A DNA stretch of 64,000 nucleotides from an uncultured virus (IMG/VR IMGVR_UViG_3300020036_009184). Its lineage: Duplodnaviria > Heunggongvirae > Uroviricota > Caudoviricetes. The first letter of the stretch is position 1; each line of letters begins with the position of its first letter. Made by a program: the position numbers and the translations under genes. Shown in pieces: positions 22,887 to 32,879 of the stretch. Below the pieces are notes generated by a model. It made no database searches, was not told where the DNA came from, and worked only from the letters and a program-made list of their open reading frames with translations. The stretch lies in the IMG/VR virus record IMGVR_UViG_3300020036_009184; one strand, written 5' to 3'.

Positions 22887-23750
22887 ATGGATATCGAACT
22901 TCTCGAAAAGGCTGTAAATGATGAAGCGCTTGGCATTGCTGATCAGGGTGTGCTCCTGCACTTCTTCTTTAAGGGGCCACAAAAAAAGGCTGACCTCCCG
23001 GTTATCCTGGCTCTGCATGTCAACGAACTGATTCAGGGTGGATATCTGACTGCCGATGCCGACCACTACTTCATCCCAGGAATGGGACCGGATGAGTCGA
23101 ATCTGAAAGATATCTGGACGGCATTCCACAAGGGGTATCCTGGAACAAAAGGTAATGTCAATACCGATTTCACTTTTTTTAAGACAAAATACGCCAAAGG
23201 GAAGTGGAAGATTATCCTCCGCAATCTGCCTGGCCATCTACAACGGCAAAAAGAGCAACGCAAAGATTTGGAGGCGGCTATTCTGATACAGGAAACGCAT
23301 GGGAATAAATACCACAAGATGTATATCCCACCATGGAAAATGCTGCGTACCTATCTTGGGAACAAAGCGGGTTGGCTTGACGAGTATGTAATACCCGACC
23401 AGTACAAGGTATCGAAAGAGCCGCGCATCGGCGCCGAAAATGGTCACGAAGAATTTGATGTGGAATACCGTCGATACTACTTCTGGTCACTCTCAGAGGG
23501 CAAGAAGTTTGTAGACAACGTTCAGGTCATCGAGACACAGATACTGTCTGAAAAAGAGTATTTGGACGTCGTACATGGCAAAGAAGCGCCGTTCAAAGAC
23601 TTTGAATTGTACTGTACTTTACAACAATTGAAAATGCGGTTGGCTGAATGGCAAATGAAATACTTCGGTGAAGTATATTTGAGGCAGAAATACAGCAAGT
23701 TCTGGGATTACCTGTGTTTCGAATTCCGTCGTGAGTATAAATCACAATAA
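22887..23750 (+). CDS. Hypothetical protein
   Basis: 287-aa ORF. Confidence 0.6.
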   Translation: MDIELLEKAVNDEALGIADQGVLLHFFFKGPQKKADLPVILALHVNELIQGGYLTADADHYFIPGMGPDESNLKDIWTAFHKGYPGTKGNVNTDFTFFKTKYAKGKWKIILRNLPGHLQRQKEQRKDLEAAILIQETHGNKYHKMYIPPWKMLRTYLGNKAGWLDEYVIPDQYKVSKEPRIGAENGHEEFDVEYRRYYFWSLSEGKKFVDNVQVIETQILSEKEYLDVVHGKEAPFKDFELYCTLQQLKMRLAEWQMKYFGEVYLRQKYSKFWDYLCFEFRREYKSQ

Positions 23751-23751
23751 C

Positions 23752-24276
23752 ATGAAATTCACCAACTACATCAAAAAACTGCCGGTAAAAGGTCTTGGCT
23801 GGCCGCTCCGACTATTGTCGGACGTTGACAACATTACCGTTCACCATTCTGCCGAGCCAGGTAATATCGGGCCGGATAACTTTGCCCGGTACCACACCTT
23901 ATCGAAGTATAAGGGCGGTAAAGGGTATCCGGCAATTGCCTATCACCTTGTTATTATGCCGGATGGTGAGATTCGTCAGTGCCTGAAATTGGCGGCATAT
24001 TCGAGTCATAACGGGTTTAACAACAAAAAGGCGGTTGGTGTATGTTTATGTGGGAATTTCGAGGAAACGGAACCTACGGATGAGCAACTGGTAGCCCTGG
24101 ATGATGCGATTGAGTTGTTGAAGGCCCAGATACCGACAATTAAGTATCTGAATGGCCATTGCGAATACCCAAAACCAGTCGGGCGTACCTTATGCCCTGG
24201 TAAAAACCTGTCCATGGTCCCGCTCCGGGAAAAGCATGGACTGATCAGCAATCCAAAGGCTGATATTATTCACTGA
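23752..24276 (+). CDS. N-acetylmuramoyl-L-alanine amidase (Amidase_2 type endolysin)
   Basis: ITVHHSA, IAYHLVI, VGVCLCGNF, GHCE and LCPG zinc-amidase motifs. Confidence 0.9.
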   Translation: MKFTNYIKKLPVKGLGWPLRLLSDVDNITVHHSAEPGNIGPDNFARYHTLSKYKGGKGYPAIAYHLVIMPDGEIRQCLKLAAYSSHNGFNNKKAVGVCLCGNFEETEPTDEQLVALDDAIELLKAQIPTIKYLNGHCEYPKPVGRTLCPGKNLSMVPLREKHGLISNPKADIIH

Positions 24277-24305
24277 GAGATCTGTTCTTTTTTATAGAAT
24301 GAGCC

Positions 24306-24338
24306 TGGCCTGGGAAAACGTTCTCGGGCCAGTTTTTT
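24306..24338 (+). terminator. Rho-independent terminator
   Basis: CTGGCCTGGGAA-loop-TTCTCGGGCCAG followed by T6. Confidence 0.75.
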
Positions 24339-24359
24339 CACCATCATACACTGCGCACC

Positions 24360-26282
24360 ATGCTAGACTACGCACTTCGGCTCTACGACCAGGGCATTAT
24401 CACCGTTCCCGTAAAAGCAGATAAAAGACCGACAGTAAACTGGGGATCCTGGTATAAGCAGGCGCCGGAACGGGTCGTATTTGAAACGGCGTGGCGTAAT
24501 AGTCCCGGCGTTGGTCTTGCGGTACTCTGCGGCCGCATAGAACTGCTGGAGGCGGACGTAAAGAACGATCCGACACACGACATTCATACGCGGCTGTATC
24601 AAGCCCTAAAAGACAATCTGGACGCCGAGGTGTTCAATTCCCTGTATATCCAAAAGTCTCCCAGTGGCGGGTATCACTTCTGGTATAAGGTCCTGGAAGG
24701 GGAAGAGCATGGCAACTATCCTGATCTGGCCCGGATTGAGTATTCGGAGATGGACCGGTTTGAACTTGATCTGCCGGCCGGCGCCAGCAATATAGGCGTC
24801 ATCGTAGAAACTCGCGGCTATGGTGGTTATGCCCTTATCGCTCCGAGCCCGAATTACGAGGTCATGCAGGGATCGATTGAGAATCTTCCCACTCTTAGTT
24901 CCGAAGATCACGAACTGGTGCTTATGGTTGGACGTATGTTCAACCAGTTTGAACCACAAGAGATTGTGTATCAGGACAAGCAGGTGCAGCCTACATTTGG
25001 CAGCCGGCGCCCAGGCGATATCTACAACGAGCAAATGGGGCCCACCGAATTACTATCATTGGTAGAGCGGTATGGTTTCCGGCGCCTGCGGCAATTGGGT
25101 GAGAATATCTTCCTTGGACGACCAGGGGCAAAGAATCCGCACAAGCACGATGCGAAGATCAATATGCGGCTGAACTGCTTCGTGAATTTTTCTTCGTCCG
25201 TAGGTATGTTTGCCCCGATGAAGGGGTATAGTCCGTTTTACGTGTACGCGAATCTTGTCCACAATGGCGACTTCAAAGAAGCCACAAAGGACCTGGCCGG
25301 GAAAGGATTTTCGGATAAGCCGACAATTGCTTCAACGATCTGGCAACCGGTAATCCAGGCCGAAGCCCCGGAAGTGACTATGGATGAAGATGCGTTGTTC
25401 TTGGCATCGTTGGAGAAGGATCGGTTCTCGATTGAGAAACGGCCGAATATTCAGTTCAACTTCTTCTTCGTATCCTCTACCGGTTTTTATCAACCAGTCG
25501 GATTTCCTGGCGCCCTTATTACAATTCAGGGAGCTGCAAAATCCAGGAAAACAACCTTGCTTGGATTGATTATCGCCTCAGTTCTTGCGGAGCGTCGGGT
25601 CCTGAATGCCGTCTATAATGGCGGGGGCAGGGTATTGTGGATTGATACTGAGCAAGGCGAAATGTACTTTTGGGAAACAATGTGGCGGGTACATGTGCAG
25701 TCAAGGCTTACTCAAGACGAAAAAGATCGACTGTACTCATATTGCTGGGCGGATAAAGACCCATCGGAACGGGTGAGTAATTTGAAACGATTGATACGGA
25801 TATTGCAGCCTGCCGTTGTTATTCTGGACGGAATTGTTGACTTCATGTACGATATCAATAGCATTCCCGAGACACAGGCACTCATACAGGTCCTGAGAGG
25901 CATTACGAGCCAGGGTATTACAGTATTCCCGATTATTCACGAAAACCCCAATGGAGGGGCAAATAGCAAGGCCAGGGGGCATATAGGGACCTGGCTGGCG
26001 AATAAGTCCGACTGCGTAATTGGCGCCAAGGGCGATATTGACGACGAGGCGAGAATCGGGGTTCGGAATGTCATGTCTCGGGGGCCGAAGTTTAAGCACT
26101 TTGATTTGTTTGCTGGGAAAGATGGTATTCTTATGGAAGACAGTATGCCGAATTACGACTTTACCATTGGCAAGCCAGAGCGGGTAAAAAAGGAAGACGA
26201 GACTGTTGCGATTGAAATAACACAGTCGCCAGATGTTTTTAGCCACAATCGCGCTAACTTTGCGGAAGAAGATATTTTCTAA
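24360..26282 (+). CDS. Bifunctional primase-polymerase fused to a RecA/AAA_25-type helicase
   Basis: Prim-Pol motifs VPVKADKRP, EADVK, SPSGGYHFW, ETRGYGGY..IAPS; Walker A-like GAAKSRKT, WIDTEQ, ILDG, IIHEN, RGHIG. Confidence 0.85.
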   Translation: MLDYALRLYDQGIITVPVKADKRPTVNWGSWYKQAPERVVFETAWRNSPGVGLAVLCGRIELLEADVKNDPTHDIHTRLYQALKDNLDAEVFNSLYIQKSPSGGYHFWYKVLEGEEHGNYPDLARIEYSEMDRFELDLPAGASNIGVIVETRGYGGYALIAPSPNYEVMQGSIENLPTLSSEDHELVLMVGRMFNQFEPQEIVYQDKQVQPTFGSRRPGDIYNEQMGPTELLSLVERYGFRRLRQLGENIFLGRPGAKNPHKHDAKINMRLNCFVNFSSSVGMFAPMKGYSPFYVYANLVHNGDFKEATKDLAGKGFSDKPTIASTIWQPVIQAEAPEVTMDEDALFLASLEKDRFSIEKRPNIQFNFFFVSSTGFYQPVGFPGALITIQGAAKSRKTTLLGLIIASVLAERRVLNAVYNGGGRVLWIDTEQGEMYFWETMWRVHVQSRLTQDEKDRLYSYCWADKDPSERVSNLKRLIRILQPAVVILDGIVDFMYDINSIPETQALIQVLRGITSQGITVFPIIHENPNGGANSKARGHIGTWLANKSDCVIGAKGDIDDEARIGVRNVMSRGPKFKHFDLFAGKDGILMEDSMPNYDFTIGKPERVKKEDETVAIEITQSPDVFSHNRANFAEEDIF

Positions 26283-26302
26283 CATAACTCAACACCTTTA
26301 TC

Positions 26303-26665
26303 ATGGCAGAAAAAACTGGCATTAAAGAAACGACCGACTTTGCGGAATTTGTCGTGGCACTCGTCAAGGCAATCCGCGATTTCAAAAGCCGTGGCATCAA
26401 GCCCACTCCCGTAAACCTCATTCGCTCCATCGGCGACTTCCTCCCGGCTATCCTGGAAGCGGAAGATGCTTTCACCGGTATCGAATTGATTCCTGGCGAG
26501 TGGAAGGACCTCAGCAAAGAAGAGGCGGCCAAAATCATGGGCCTGTTCAACGATGGCGTGGACCTGAAAGACAAACTCACCGAAGCGGAAGTCGAAGAAG
26601 TTTTCGGTGCTACCGTTCTATGGTTTATCGCAGTTCGCAACTTGATCCAAAAGAATGCGGCGTAA
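26303..26665 (+). CDS. Hypothetical protein
   Basis: 120-aa ORF followed by a terminator. Confidence 0.6.
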   Translation: MAEKTGIKETTDFAEFVVALVKAIRDFKSRGIKPTPVNLIRSIGDFLPAILEAEDAFTGIELIPGEWKDLSKEEAAKIMGLFNDGVDLKDKLTEAEVEEVFGATVLWFIAVRNLIQKNAA

Positions 26666-26690
26666 AACCTGTATAAGTCCTGAGAATCAG

Positions 26691-26727
26691 TTGGTTGATC
26701 GGTTATTCCGGTCAGCCAATTTTTTTT
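26691..26727 (+). terminator. Rho-independent terminator
   Basis: TTGGTTGATCGG-loop-CCGGTCAGCCAA followed by T8. Confidence 0.75.
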
Positions 26728-26760
26728 GTTAATAGTGTTGCGTATTTGCAAGTTAGCCCG

Positions 26761-26768
26761 TACATTTG
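26761..26768 (+). promoter_or_regulatory. Bacteroidota-type -7 element TACATTTG
   Basis: Between a terminator and ATG 26806. Confidence 0.5.
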
Positions 26769-26805
26769 TGTTTCAAAATATATTTCATCACTAAAAATCA
26801 ACACC

Positions 26806-27039
26806 ATGTCGGAAGAATTGTCAACCGCAATTGTTGTTTCGGATAAAGAGCCGAACACGCCAGGTACTCTCCACTCCATTGAAGACTTCCCGCTTACTGC
26901 TGTCACAAAGGCAAAGGGTATTGCTGGTTCACCTCAGATGCGCTACACCTCAGAGGTGAATGGCGCCGAAGTCTACGTGATTACTGGCGTAGATGTTGCT
27001 GTTTATGTTGTTCCACCTTCAATGCTGGAAGACTTATGA
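26806..27039 (+). CDS. Hypothetical protein
   Basis: ATG preceded by A/C-rich leader; ATGA overlap with the next gene. Confidence 0.5.
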   Translation: MSEELSTAIVVSDKEPNTPGTLHSIEDFPLTAVTKAKGIAGSPQMRYTSEVNGAEVYVITGVDVAVYVVPPSMLEDL

Positions 27040-27650
27040 AAGAGCGACCAATTTTATTCTCAGGCCCGATGGTTCGAGCTATTCTTGAGGGCCGGAAAAC
27101 ACAGACGCGCCGGGTGGTAAAAGACCTTGTATTCACGCCAGATTTTATTGAGTTAGGCAATGGGGCGCGGGCGAAATATTATGGCAATGAAAGCCATTTT
27201 AAACGAGGTGCGTCGATTGACTTTCAGCCGTATGGCAAAATTGGAGACCGTTTATGGGTGCGCGAAACGTGGAAACATAAAGGTCATTCTTTCCCTATTG
27301 GTCATCCATACGAATATCGCGCTACTGCCGAATCGGATGGAACGCCAACAGAGGGACCTTGGAAGCCGTCAATTTTTATGCCCCGAGATGCTTGCCGTAT
27401 CATGCTTGAAATTACGGATGTGCGCGTAGAGCGGTTGCAGGACATTTCTGAAAAAGATGCTATCTCAGAAGGTATTGAATCTGTGGGCGAAAATTGGAGG
27501 TGTTATGCAACCAGATCCAAAAACGCAGTATATCCGAAGGATAAGCCAATTTACTCTTATTTGACCCTGTGGGCGTCAATAAATGGATGGGATTCCCTGA
27601 ACGCTAATCCGTATGTTTGGGTAATACAGTTTAAAATTATTGAGCCATGA
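27036..27650 (+). CDS. Phage ASCH/PUA-like protein
   Basis: KERPILFSGPMVRAILEGRKTQTRR, GDRLWVRETW, WKPSIFMPR, VERLQDISE, NPYVWVI. Confidence 0.8.
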   Translation: MKERPILFSGPMVRAILEGRKTQTRRVVKDLVFTPDFIELGNGARAKYYGNESHFKRGASIDFQPYGKIGDRLWVRETWKHKGHSFPIGHPYEYRATAESDGTPTEGPWKPSIFMPRDACRIMLEITDVRVERLQDISEKDAISEGIESVGENWRCYATRSKNAVYPKDKPIYSYLTLWASINGWDSLNANPYVWVIQFKIIEP

Positions 27651-27916
27651 ATCTAATTGCAGGGATACTCAATGTTGACAGATACAAATGGTGCTACATT
27701 GGACAATTTGGGAAAGATGAAGAGTGGATACATGGAAAAGTCGATACCATTATGAATGGCGGCGACATTGTATCGCCGAAACAAATTATTGATACTCATT
27801 TGGAGAACGATCTAGGAAACCGACTTTTTGTATATTCAGATGAAAGCGTAAAAGCGTCTTTTCTGGCTGAGGCTAAAGAGAAGCGATTATTCGATCCCTA
27901 TAACCCCACACGATGA
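27647..27916 (+). CDS. Hypothetical protein
   Basis: ATGA-coupled on both sides. Confidence 0.5.
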   Translation: MNLIAGILNVDRYKWCYIGQFGKDEEWIHGKVDTIMNGGDIVSPKQIIDTHLENDLGNRLFVYSDESVKASFLAEAKEKRLFDPYNPTR

Positions 27917-28557
27917 ACCACAAAGCAAAAATACTTGAATGGGAAACCATTGGCCGGGCCCTGGCCGGATTACAGGAAAAAGAGCGATGGGATGACCTGC
28001 TACTAATTGCTGCGGCGTGCTTCACCGGATGCCGGCCTGGGGACTGGACCAAGTTTACCTGGAACATCTTTCTGGATGCCAACGGTAAGGCCAAAAAGGA
28101 GACTATGATCGTGGAAAAGAAGCAATTGAACATGGCCAAGTCTCGGGCTGAGAAAAATGGTACCAAGTTTAAGGTAAAAGAACGGCAATTGTTTTTGGTG
28201 CCGCAATTCCGAAGCATACTCGAATTGTGCTGGAATGGTAAAAAACAACCGTATTTGACCACGTATATGTTCCGGGGCAGTTCCGGCCCTCAGAATACGA
28301 GTGGCGGCATATCTACATTTACGGCAAATACGCGGCTTAAACGCCTCGCTGTTGAATTTGGGCTCGATAGTGACATCACCAACTACTATTTCCGTAAAAC
28401 TGCCGCACGACGCATATATGACAGCCAGGAGGATCATACGACCGGCCTTCGGATGGCCCAGATATTTATGAATCACACATCACCGACCTCGACCGCGCAT
28501 TATATCGGATTGACCGAAGATGAAGCGCGGAAGTCGTTTGAAATGCTCACCTTTTAA
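27913..28557 (+). CDS. Tyrosine recombinase (catalytic domain only)
   Basis: TGCRPGD (Arg), YYFRKT (HxxR position), MNHTSPTSTAHYIG (His, catalytic Tyr). Confidence 0.85.
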   Translation: MNHKAKILEWETIGRALAGLQEKERWDDLLLIAAACFTGCRPGDWTKFTWNIFLDANGKAKKETMIVEKKQLNMAKSRAEKNGTKFKVKERQLFLVPQFRSILELCWNGKKQPYLTTYMFRGSSGPQNTSGGISTFTANTRLKRLAVEFGLDSDITNYYFRKTAARRIYDSQEDHTTGLRMAQIFMNHTSPTSTAHYIGLTEDEARKSFEMLTF

Positions 28558-28570
28558 ACTACACCACACA

Positions 28571-29029
28571 ATGAAGAAAAACGACGCATTACAAACCCCT
28601 GAATGGGTTTACAGAAGTCTCGGGACTTTTGATCTTGATCCGTGCGCTGGCCCGACATCGCAGATCGCAACCGAGAACTATCGGCTGCATGACGGACAAG
28701 ATGGTTTAAGCCTGGAATGGAGCGGATTTGTGTGGTGTAATCCGCCATTCAGTCAAAAAGAGATTTGGGCAGAAAAAATGACCGATCATGGCAATGGTAT
28801 CTTGATCTTACCAGAGCGCGGATCGGCTCCCTGGTTTGGACCGCTTGCTAAAAGATGTGGATGCTATTTTGTGATGGGCAAAAAAATCAACTTCATCGGC
28901 GGGCCTTCTAGTAACAATCTTGGGAGTGTTCTTTTCCCGTTTGGATCGTTAGCGGTTGAACGAATTGAAAAATCTGGCTTGCCTGGGCATTTTGTCGATG
29001 TCAGGTATTATCGCCCACGTTATACATAA
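28571..29029 (+). CDS. Phage N6-adenine DNA methyltransferase
   Basis: QTPEW, FDLDPCA, VWCNPPFS motifs. Confidence 0.85.
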   Translation: MKKNDALQTPEWVYRSLGTFDLDPCAGPTSQIATENYRLHDGQDGLSLEWSGFVWCNPPFSQKEIWAEKMTDHGNGILILPERGSAPWFGPLAKRCGCYFVMGKKINFIGGPSSNNLGSVLFPFGSLAVERIEKSGLPGHFVDVRYYRPRYT

Positions 29030-29033
29030 AGCC

Positions 29034-29489
29034 ATGCAACTACCACACCCAATATACGACATGGGCCAGTTTCTACTGGAGATACACGTCGCGGAGATGA
29101 AAGTAATGCTTGCTCAGATTGGCTCCCGGGCTGATCTGAGTGATGCTACAAAGCAGCGAATGGCCTATTTCCAAGCATTGGCCGACCGATTTGAGTCTGT
29201 GATACCGGTATTAAAAAACTGGTGCGCATCTGCTCAGAAAATACACAATGATCCAAAGGCGGATAAATACAGTTATGGCCAGATCCGGCAACTGCTTGGT
29301 GGTACGGATGACTTTGAACTGGAATACGGTACCGGTCATTTGCTGGCTGAATTATCGAATGCAATTACTGAACTGGCCGAAAAGCCAGACTCTCCGGCTC
29401 GATCTGCCGGGCTGCATATTATGGGCTCGGCATACACCTATTTTTACTCACTCTTTATGTACTTTCACAATGTCCATCCATATACCTAA
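29034..29489 (+). CDS. Hypothetical protein
   Basis: ORF in operon. Confidence 0.5.
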   Translation: MQLPHPIYDMGQFLLEIHVAEMKVMLAQIGSRADLSDATKQRMAYFQALADRFESVIPVLKNWCASAQKIHNDPKADKYSYGQIRQLLGGTDDFELEYGTGHLLAELSNAITELAEKPDSPARSAGLHIMGSAYTYFYSLFMYFHNVHPYT

Positions 29490-29991
29490 AAATCGTCTCC
29501 AGGCAATACGGAGCGCTGCGATAGACGGAACGATGTGCGATTCCCAGACTGAGCGCGATATGTACAATGCCTTTCTCCGGATGGGTGTTGACTTCGAGTT
29601 TCAGAAAGAGATCATCCTGGCCGGTCCGACAATACCCAAGGTAGCATCCAAAAAAGAGATACTGCTGCAGCCGTTGTTTGCTGATCGCTGTGCGGAGTCC
29701 GTAACAATGACGGTAGATTTCGTGTTGAAGCGGACGAACCCGAAAGTGCGCGGGCTTGTCTATAATGGCGAAATGACGTACTATTGTGACGCCAAAGGCA
29801 GTAAAGAGCACTCAAAAACAGTCAGCCGGCTCAAGTACGACTTGTTGAAACATAAGTTATACCGGGAAGGATTGTCGCACTGTTCACGGGTAATCTTCAT
29901 CGAGGCGACCGAAGTAAAACGCCTTCTCAATTATGCAGCCTACGATCCGAAAGGATTCTGGGAAATTTTTGACCAAATAAAAGAACGCTGA
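29470..29991 (+). CDS. Putative PD-(D/E)xK nuclease (DUF1064-like)
   Basis: IDG..CDSQTE..Y, FEFQ, VDF, DAKG motifs. Confidence 0.6.
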   Translation: MSIHIPKNRLQAIRSAAIDGTMCDSQTERDMYNAFLRMGVDFEFQKEIILAGPTIPKVASKKEILLQPLFADRCAESVTMTVDFVLKRTNPKVRGLVYNGEMTYYCDAKGSKEHSKTVSRLKYDLLKHKLYREGLSHCSRVIFIEATEVKRLLNYAAYDPKGFWEIFDQIKER

Positions 29992-29993
29992 CT

Positions 29994-30239
29994 ATGGCAC
30001 TGCGACAAGATTTCATTAAAGAATGCAAAACAGAACTCGGAAAACGGGACGGCGTATGGCGGAGCGTCAAAGAAAAAGATGGTGTGCGCAGATTTCTGGA
30101 CAACGAGCAACAGCGCCGATACGATCTATTGGTTAAGATGCGCGAGATGCTGTCCGCCATGACCGATGCCGAGGTAAACAAGTTCGTTCAAAAATCCGAA
30201 GAGGCTGAAAAGCCTGGCATAGAATTATCACTTTTTTAA
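29994..30239 (+). CDS. Hypothetical protein
   Basis: 81-aa ORF ending in LSLF. Confidence 0.5.
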   Translation: MALRQDFIKECKTELGKRDGVWRSVKEKDGVRRFLDNEQQRRYDLLVKMREMLSAMTDAEVNKFVQKSEEAEKPGIELSLF

Positions 30240-30248
30240 CTTTCATAT

Positions 30249-30713
30249 ATGAAACGTATAACATCCCGGGAATTAGCTCTTCCCATTTCTGAAAAAACCG
30301 GCGTCTGCGAGGCGGATGTCCGGGCTGTATTGCTGGCACTGGATGACCTGGTTGGCGAACTGGTTGTCGCCGGCGAGCGCGTTGAGGTATCCGGCCTGGG
30401 TACTTTTCACCTGAAAATCCGTGAAAAAACGCGCAAGAATATCCCTGGCGTTGGTCCTCGAATGATTCCTACTCGATACGATGTGGAATTTTCCCCGAGC
30501 AAAGGTCTGGAGCGCCGATACGCTGGCCTGCCGCCATTAACATCGGAAGATGGCGATGTTGACCCAGTGTCGCCAGAAGTTGGCCCAGAAGTGATTGAGG
30601 TGGATAATACGGGTACGCTGCCGATCCTGACTCAAAGCCTGAAAGATCAGATGGGCATTTTCAAGGGTAGCCTGTCGAAGTTTGCAGACGAAAAGCCGAA
30701 AAAAGGGAAATAA
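30249..30713 (+). CDS. HU/IHF-family DNA-binding protein with acidic C-terminal extension
   Basis: GERVEVSGLGTFHLKIR...IP....VEFSPSKGL. Confidence 0.85.
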   Translation: MKRITSRELALPISEKTGVCEADVRAVLLALDDLVGELVVAGERVEVSGLGTFHLKIREKTRKNIPGVGPRMIPTRYDVEFSPSKGLERRYAGLPPLTSEDGDVDPVSPEVGPEVIEVDNTGTLPILTQSLKDQMGIFKGSLSKFADEKPKKGK

Positions 30714-30762
30714 TAGTACCTTTGCAAAAGAAACGCTGTCTAGCCATAGTGTCTTTGCTCAT

Positions 30763-30794
30763 GCCCGAAGTGCTCCATCGCTTCGGGTTTTTTT
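30763..30794. terminator. Terminator between convergent genes
   Basis: CCCGAAG...CTTCGGG followed by T8. Confidence 0.7.
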
Positions 30795-32808
30795 ATTTCT
30801 TCAATCTCGGACTTGTTTTCGGAAATAGGATTTTATTGATCGGGCCTTTCTTCTCACGGATAATGCGACCTGACTTCATCACGATAACCTGCGGCGTTTC
30901 GGTGACGGTAATAGTCTTGCCATCGAGTTTTATTTTGGCAGTCGATCCGTCTACGGTCCGCATCCAGGTATATGCTATGGTCTGGTTGCCTTTTTTGAAT
31001 CGCATCAGCATAACGTTACCGCCTGGGGAAGCATCGCCGATGTAGGTATAGCCATCCAGACTTTTGGCCAGGGCTGCTACGGCGTGATAGGCTGGTTTTG
31101 GAGAGTAGGGTACTGGTTCGCCGCGACCGTAGAGTAATCCAGAGTTTTGGTATAAACCACCGTTTGAGGCGCCTGGCTCATTAATCCCATTGAACATCAT
31201 AACCTGCTCGATACCGGCCCGGATCCCCATTAGGTAATTGCGCACCAGCCATTCTGCCTGCAACTGCTCACTATTTTTATTGCCGTATGGAACAGCCCAT
31301 TGCCACGAAGGGCCACGGCTATCGAAGCCCATTTCTGTCCACCAGCACTCCTGACCGAGCGAATGCGCGTAATTCACGAAACTTACTACATCAATCCAGC
31401 CCTTGTCTACGTCAGCCGGGGTGCCTGCGGTCCATGTCGGAGGATGTCGCCCTGCTTGACTCCCAACGTTGGTATAATAATGTATATTTGCTACGTCCCA
31501 GGCCAAGGTTTTGTCTGGGCGATTTAGCCTACACCATGACACCATTCGTTTATAGTACGAAAGGTCTGGCGCTGTAATGCCAGGCATGAGTAGTTTTATG
31601 CCACACCCATAAATGCCTACACCGCGCCCCAATGTACCTCCGTGCCCATCATAGCACGCACTCAGGAATGCGGCGAAGGCTTCTGGTTGCCAGTAAATGC
31701 TTTGACGCCACCACTTATCCGCCTCGTTCCAAGGTTCTATATACTTCAACAGACCAAGCCCGGATTTCTTCTCATTGACTGGAGCGTTGTTATAGGCTGG
31801 TACATCGCTCACCTTTAGCATATTATCCGGCCAAACAGTAGTCCCGTACCTGGCGGCATATTGAAACATGAATCTGGCATATTCGATATAACTGGCCGGA
31901 TCTAGCGGATCGGCGCCGGGCTTCATTGGCGGGCTATCTGGGTCGTATCCGTCTACGGCCATGGATGGCGGCATATTTATGTTACCACCGAGCGAGTCAA
32001 CGATGCCTTGCTTTGGGGTGTAATACGGAACCGACTCACCATCGTAGTCGCTGACGAATGACATTTGCGGTTGGTTCTGTTTATTGAGAAACCATGCGGG
32101 CGTCTGGTTTACTGCCGGGATTATATCGATTCCCGCTTTTTTGGCGGCAGTCAGATAGTCGTCGTATCCCATTACCCCGGGCGATATGGCGCCGGCAAGC
32201 GGTTGAGGCGAGAAGCCCTCGGGGGCCCAAGTCCAGGACGAGGATTGGAAATCACGCTTCTTGGTAAATACTCCTTTCAGTAGGTCAAATGGGACCCAGT
32301 GGAACCCGTTAAGATTCACCCTGGCGCCCACTCCGGTCAATCCTGTAGTTGTCGGAGGTACTGGAACTATTACGGTATCCTGTGGCGTATCTCCGACCTT
32401 CTTGCCGAATAGCAGAATTTCCGGAATACTATTATTCCCCTGCAATCCATCCAAAACAAAACGTATCGAATTGACTTTTACATTCACTTTTTCCTCGCCC
32501 CACACCAGGTATTGATGGAGGAAGATTGTAGTAAGTGGGGTCGTGGAATTGTCGGCATACAGGATAAGTTTCGGCTGTCCGCTTCCGTCTAACCAGCGAA
32601 TCTTGTTGATTTCGTATTGGCCGTCAAACGATAGTATAAACTCTCCGCTTTGTAAACTCCAGCCCTGAAAGAAAGAACTCCCAGGGTTGTTGTCAAATGA
32701 CTGTTCGGCAGTGCTCAATCCTCTTGTTGTTTGAAGGGAAAATGCCGATGTCGGTATTTGCTGGGCGAATAAGATCGCCGGAAAAAAAAGAATGAGTAGT
32801 CGTAGCAT
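30793..32808 (-). CDS. Secreted clan GH-A-like glycoside hydrolase with N-terminal beta-sandwich domain
   Basis: Signal peptide ending FAQ; IEPWNEAD (acid/base), NIHYY, WWTEMG (nucleophile), KPAY motifs. Confidence 0.7.
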   Translation of the reverse strand: MLRLLILFFPAILFAQQIPTSAFSLQTTRGLSTAEQSFDNNPGSSFFQGWSLQSGEFILSFDGQYEINKIRWLDGSGQPKLILYADNSTTPLTTIFLHQYLVWGEEKVNVKVNSIRFVLDGLQGNNSIPEILLFGKKVGDTPQDTVIVPVPPTTTGLTGVGARVNLNGFHWVPFDLLKGVFTKKRDFQSSSWTWAPEGFSPQPLAGAISPGVMGYDDYLTAAKKAGIDIIPAVNQTPAWFLNKQNQPQMSFVSDYDGESVPYYTPKQGIVDSLGGNINMPPSMAVDGYDPDSPPMKPGADPLDPASYIEYARFMFQYAARYGTTVWPDNMLKVSDVPAYNNAPVNEKKSGLGLLKYIEPWNEADKWWRQSIYWQPEAFAAFLSACYDGHGGTLGRGVGIYGCGIKLLMPGITAPDLSYYKRMVSWCRLNRPDKTLAWDVANIHYYTNVGSQAGRHPPTWTAGTPADVDKGWIDVVSFVNYAHSLGQECWWTEMGFDSRGPSWQWAVPYGNKNSEQLQAEWLVRNYLMGIRAGIEQVMMFNGINEPGASNGGLYQNSGLLYGRGEPVPYSPKPAYHAVAALAKSLDGYTYIGDASPGGNVMLMRFKKGNQTIAYTWMRTVDGSTAKIKLDGKTITVTETPQVIVMKSGRIIREKKGPINKILFPKTSPRLKK

Positions 32809-32879
32809 GGGTTGATTTTATTTAAAAGCCGGCTTGCCATTACGGGGCCGGCGATTATGAGATGTGTTTAACAACGTTT

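Noticed and set aside
27913..28557. Prophage attachment site next to the recombinase
   Set aside because: Phage genes continue on both sides; no host junction visible
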